Assembly: GCA_046563655.1 (NCBI GenBank) | Contig: CM102284.1 | Location: 2,418,001-2,482,000 of the forward strand | Source: Yuukianura sp. NJ FZ-2021 | Taxonomy: Eukaryota | Length of the DNA stretch: 64,000 nucleotides | Direction of reading: 5' to 3' | Part shown: positions 61,588 through 64,000 of the stretch, one piece after another | Numbering within the stretch: the first letter of the stretch is position 1 | How the letters are laid out: each line of letters starts with the position of its first letter | Translations under genes and position numbers: made by a program | Notes under the pieces: model-generated | What the model saw: the letters and a program-made list of their open reading frames with translations, nothing else | Database searches by the model: none | What the model was told of the DNA's origin: nothing

Positions 61588-61901
61588 ATGAATCTGGATC
61601 CAGCCAATGAGTTCTACTTACCCGTCGTTCATACTGATAAAGGTATATTCTACAAAAAAGCAATTTGGTTGGAAGCACTACTTATTCAGCTTTTTTTTTT
61701 TCACTTGAATTTGAAATTAATTTGAAATTATTTGTTATAACGATTTTGATAGGTTGGATTTTACGAGAGGAGCAAGGGAAAGTTACGGTGATGCGTGCGC
61801 CTGCGCCGATAGATTGGAAGAAATGGCTGATCCTCGCTGGAGTTTTGGTCGGGGGTCTGGTTGGCGGAGTTGTTATTGGGTGGTTCATCAAACCTTGCTA
61901 G
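61588..61901 (+). pseudogene. Copy B of the same family, only exons 1-2 (N-tail + TM); truncated copy or alternative 5' module
   Basis: MNLDPANEFYLPVVHTDKG|WILREEQ...IDWKKWLILAGVLVGGLVGGVVIGWFIKP. The donor is changed to gctagt. No stalk or dsRBD exons were found before copy C. Confidence 0.55.
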
Positions 61902-63206
61902 TTTCAATTTTCAAAAAAAAATTACAACTTCCCAAAAAGTTTCTATACTTTCATTTGAACCGATGCACTTTTGACTTTATTTTAAGCTATCTTCATCTTA
62001 AATTCTGTAACTTCTGTAGCTTCGAAAAAATAAATCTATTATCAACTGTTTGGTTTTATATAATCTGCAACTGGCTGTATTTTCAACATTTTCTAGAATG
62101 ATTTCAAACGTTGTATTTTTTTTTTAGAATTCCCGGCTAATCTTTATTTGCACACATCGGCAAATCCACAATGCACACAAAGCCACTGCTGATTAATCAT
62201 AATTCGGCTATCTTATTGCAGATAAACAATGCATATAAAAACCTAGAATACTAGACAACCCTGTTTGTAGAAATTTTCAAAATGCAGAAATAGTGAGTAG
62301 GTAGACGTTATATTAATGAAGAATATTGTCTCTGGAATTCATTAGCGTTTTTAGTTAATTTTAACAAATTTTATCCAACATTATCAGATTAATTTTTTAT
62401 ACTAGCGGTTGTATGAGCACGTATGCTAGATTATAAACTGTACACTCATAAACGCTAGGTACTGACATTTGACTTTACATTGACCTTAGATTTTATACAT
62501 ACGTAAAAGCAAAGCGTCGGCATAAACCACCTCAAATAACGAGACAATTAAAACACATTCGTCTTAATTCTACTAAGTAAGTCGTCGCGACTTAATAGGG
62601 CCACTGAGCCACTCATTGATTATTAATTTTTTAAGCAGGATATTATTTACAATAAAAAATTGTACATTGCTAAATAATATGTAATTGCAATGAAATACAA
62701 ATTCAGTCTTAAACCAATTAAACTGTCATAAATCAGACTCCCGTACATAAAACCAGAAACCCAAGGAACATTAAAATTTAGTTATCAGTTTTGACTGCAT
62801 TGGAAGTTAAAAGTACTTTGCCTTTAGGTCCTGAGTTTCTAAGTTTTGATTACAATTGTCTTCAGTATTTGCAAAGTTTGCAATTACTTAGAAAAACATG
62901 ACTCATCTTCACCGGACACTGAACGATAAAGCCACAAAGCTAAATTGATTGCTCATATAAGTTTTCCGGCCGGCCGGACAACTTTGATAGCCCGGCGGCT
63001 ACCAAAAACATTATCCAGTGTCTTAGTTTTTGCAAATGACGAATGCAAGCTTGTAATTCTTAGAAGCAGATATGACGATATGACTCAACTGAAGAATAGT
63101 TTCAGCAAATCACAACCTTCATTCGTTCTTGAGCAGCCTTTCCAAACTGGTTGCAAAATCAAAAGCATTTTAGTTGCAATTTTGGAGTCGAACAAAAAAG
63201 TTGGAA

Positions 63207-64000
63207 ATGAGTCCTGAATTTAGCGTGCCAATTGTTATTTCTGACAAAGGTATGGAGGAATTTTCTACAAACAAAAATACACACTAATCTTAAAATTTTA
63301 ATGATGTATTCAAGCCTTATGCAAAAGCCAATCCTTAATTACCTAAAAATTGAAAAATTTGAACGTCCAGTTATTTATTCTAACTTTGCATTTGTATATA
63401 TTGATTTTTTGTAGGTTTGCTATTGCGAGACGAACAAACGAGAGTTGCAATAATGCGCGTGCGTGATCCGATCGACTGGAAGAAATGGCTTATTCTTGCG
63501 GGAGTTTTGGTTGCAGGCCTGATTGGAGGAGTAGCTATTGGGTGGCTCATCAAACCATGTTAGTAATTTCAAAATTTTAATTTTTTTTTAAATTGGTTTT
63601 GACAATTCAGCTTGACACAATTTTCAATAAATCCAGGCCAGCCCGCTCCTCATCCAACACCAACAACAACAACTACCCCTCCGCCGCCTACGAAGGCAAC
63701 CGAATCCACGACGACTAATACGGTCCTCCATGATACCATCGAGGAAGTCGCCATGATGCTTGAGGACACTCCGTTTCCGCCTCCAACAACACACGTAATA
63801 ACATACTACAAAATAGTAACTAAGTATAAATATATTTAACAGTTATTTAGAAATAATCTACAATTTTATGTTTCTTTTTATAATATTTTTCAGCCATTGC
63901 CTGAACACCCTGAAAAGAGGCCGCCAGTGAGCCTTCTCTATGAAATGGGCATGAATCCAACGTTTACGGTTGTCAACTGCGCTCTGGCATCACCCCTGGT
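63207..64000 (+). CDS. Copy C of the TM-stalk-dsRBD-like family (runs off the window end); exons 63207-63249, 63415-63558, 63637-63794, 63894-end
   Basis: MSPEFSVPIVISDKG|LLLRDEQ...DWKKWLILAGVLVAGLIGGVAIGWLIKPC|QPAPHPTPTTTTT...FPPPTTH|PLPEHPEKRPPVSLLYEMGMNPTFTVVNC. Confidence 0.8.

Overview
Gene-dense, AT-rich eukaryotic DNA with short GT-AG introns. The gene content is arthropod, and the style is consistent with a springtail (Collembola); this is inference only. Gene models were hand-spliced, in order: Ly6/three-finger protein (-, runs off the window start), two tandem ecdysteroid-kinase-like (EcKL) genes, PICK1, an atlastin-like GTPase, a lipocalin, a CD36/SR-B receptor, a large Cys-free secreted low-complexity protein, an SLC18B1-like MFS transporter, a protein with a Mutator/WRKY-FLYWCH-type DNA-binding module, ZSWIM8 (-), a divergent ionotropic receptor (-), an SLC35G-like transporter, a secreted degenerate thioredoxin (-), a C2H2 zinc-finger array, an SLC23/NAT transporter, a 69-aa six-cysteine secreted peptide (-) that the ORF track misses, and a tandem family at the right end. 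Several non-autonomous DNA transposons with identifiable TIRs/TSDs are present. The most striking candidate for a new system is the tandem family at 60.1-64 kb: predicted type II membrane proteins with a Pro/Thr mucin-like stalk carrying a double-stranded-RNA-binding-domain (dsRBD)-like module apparently on the extracellular/luminal side. It lies head-to-head with the defensin-like peptide gene. All domain calls come from motifs recognised by eye; no searches were run.
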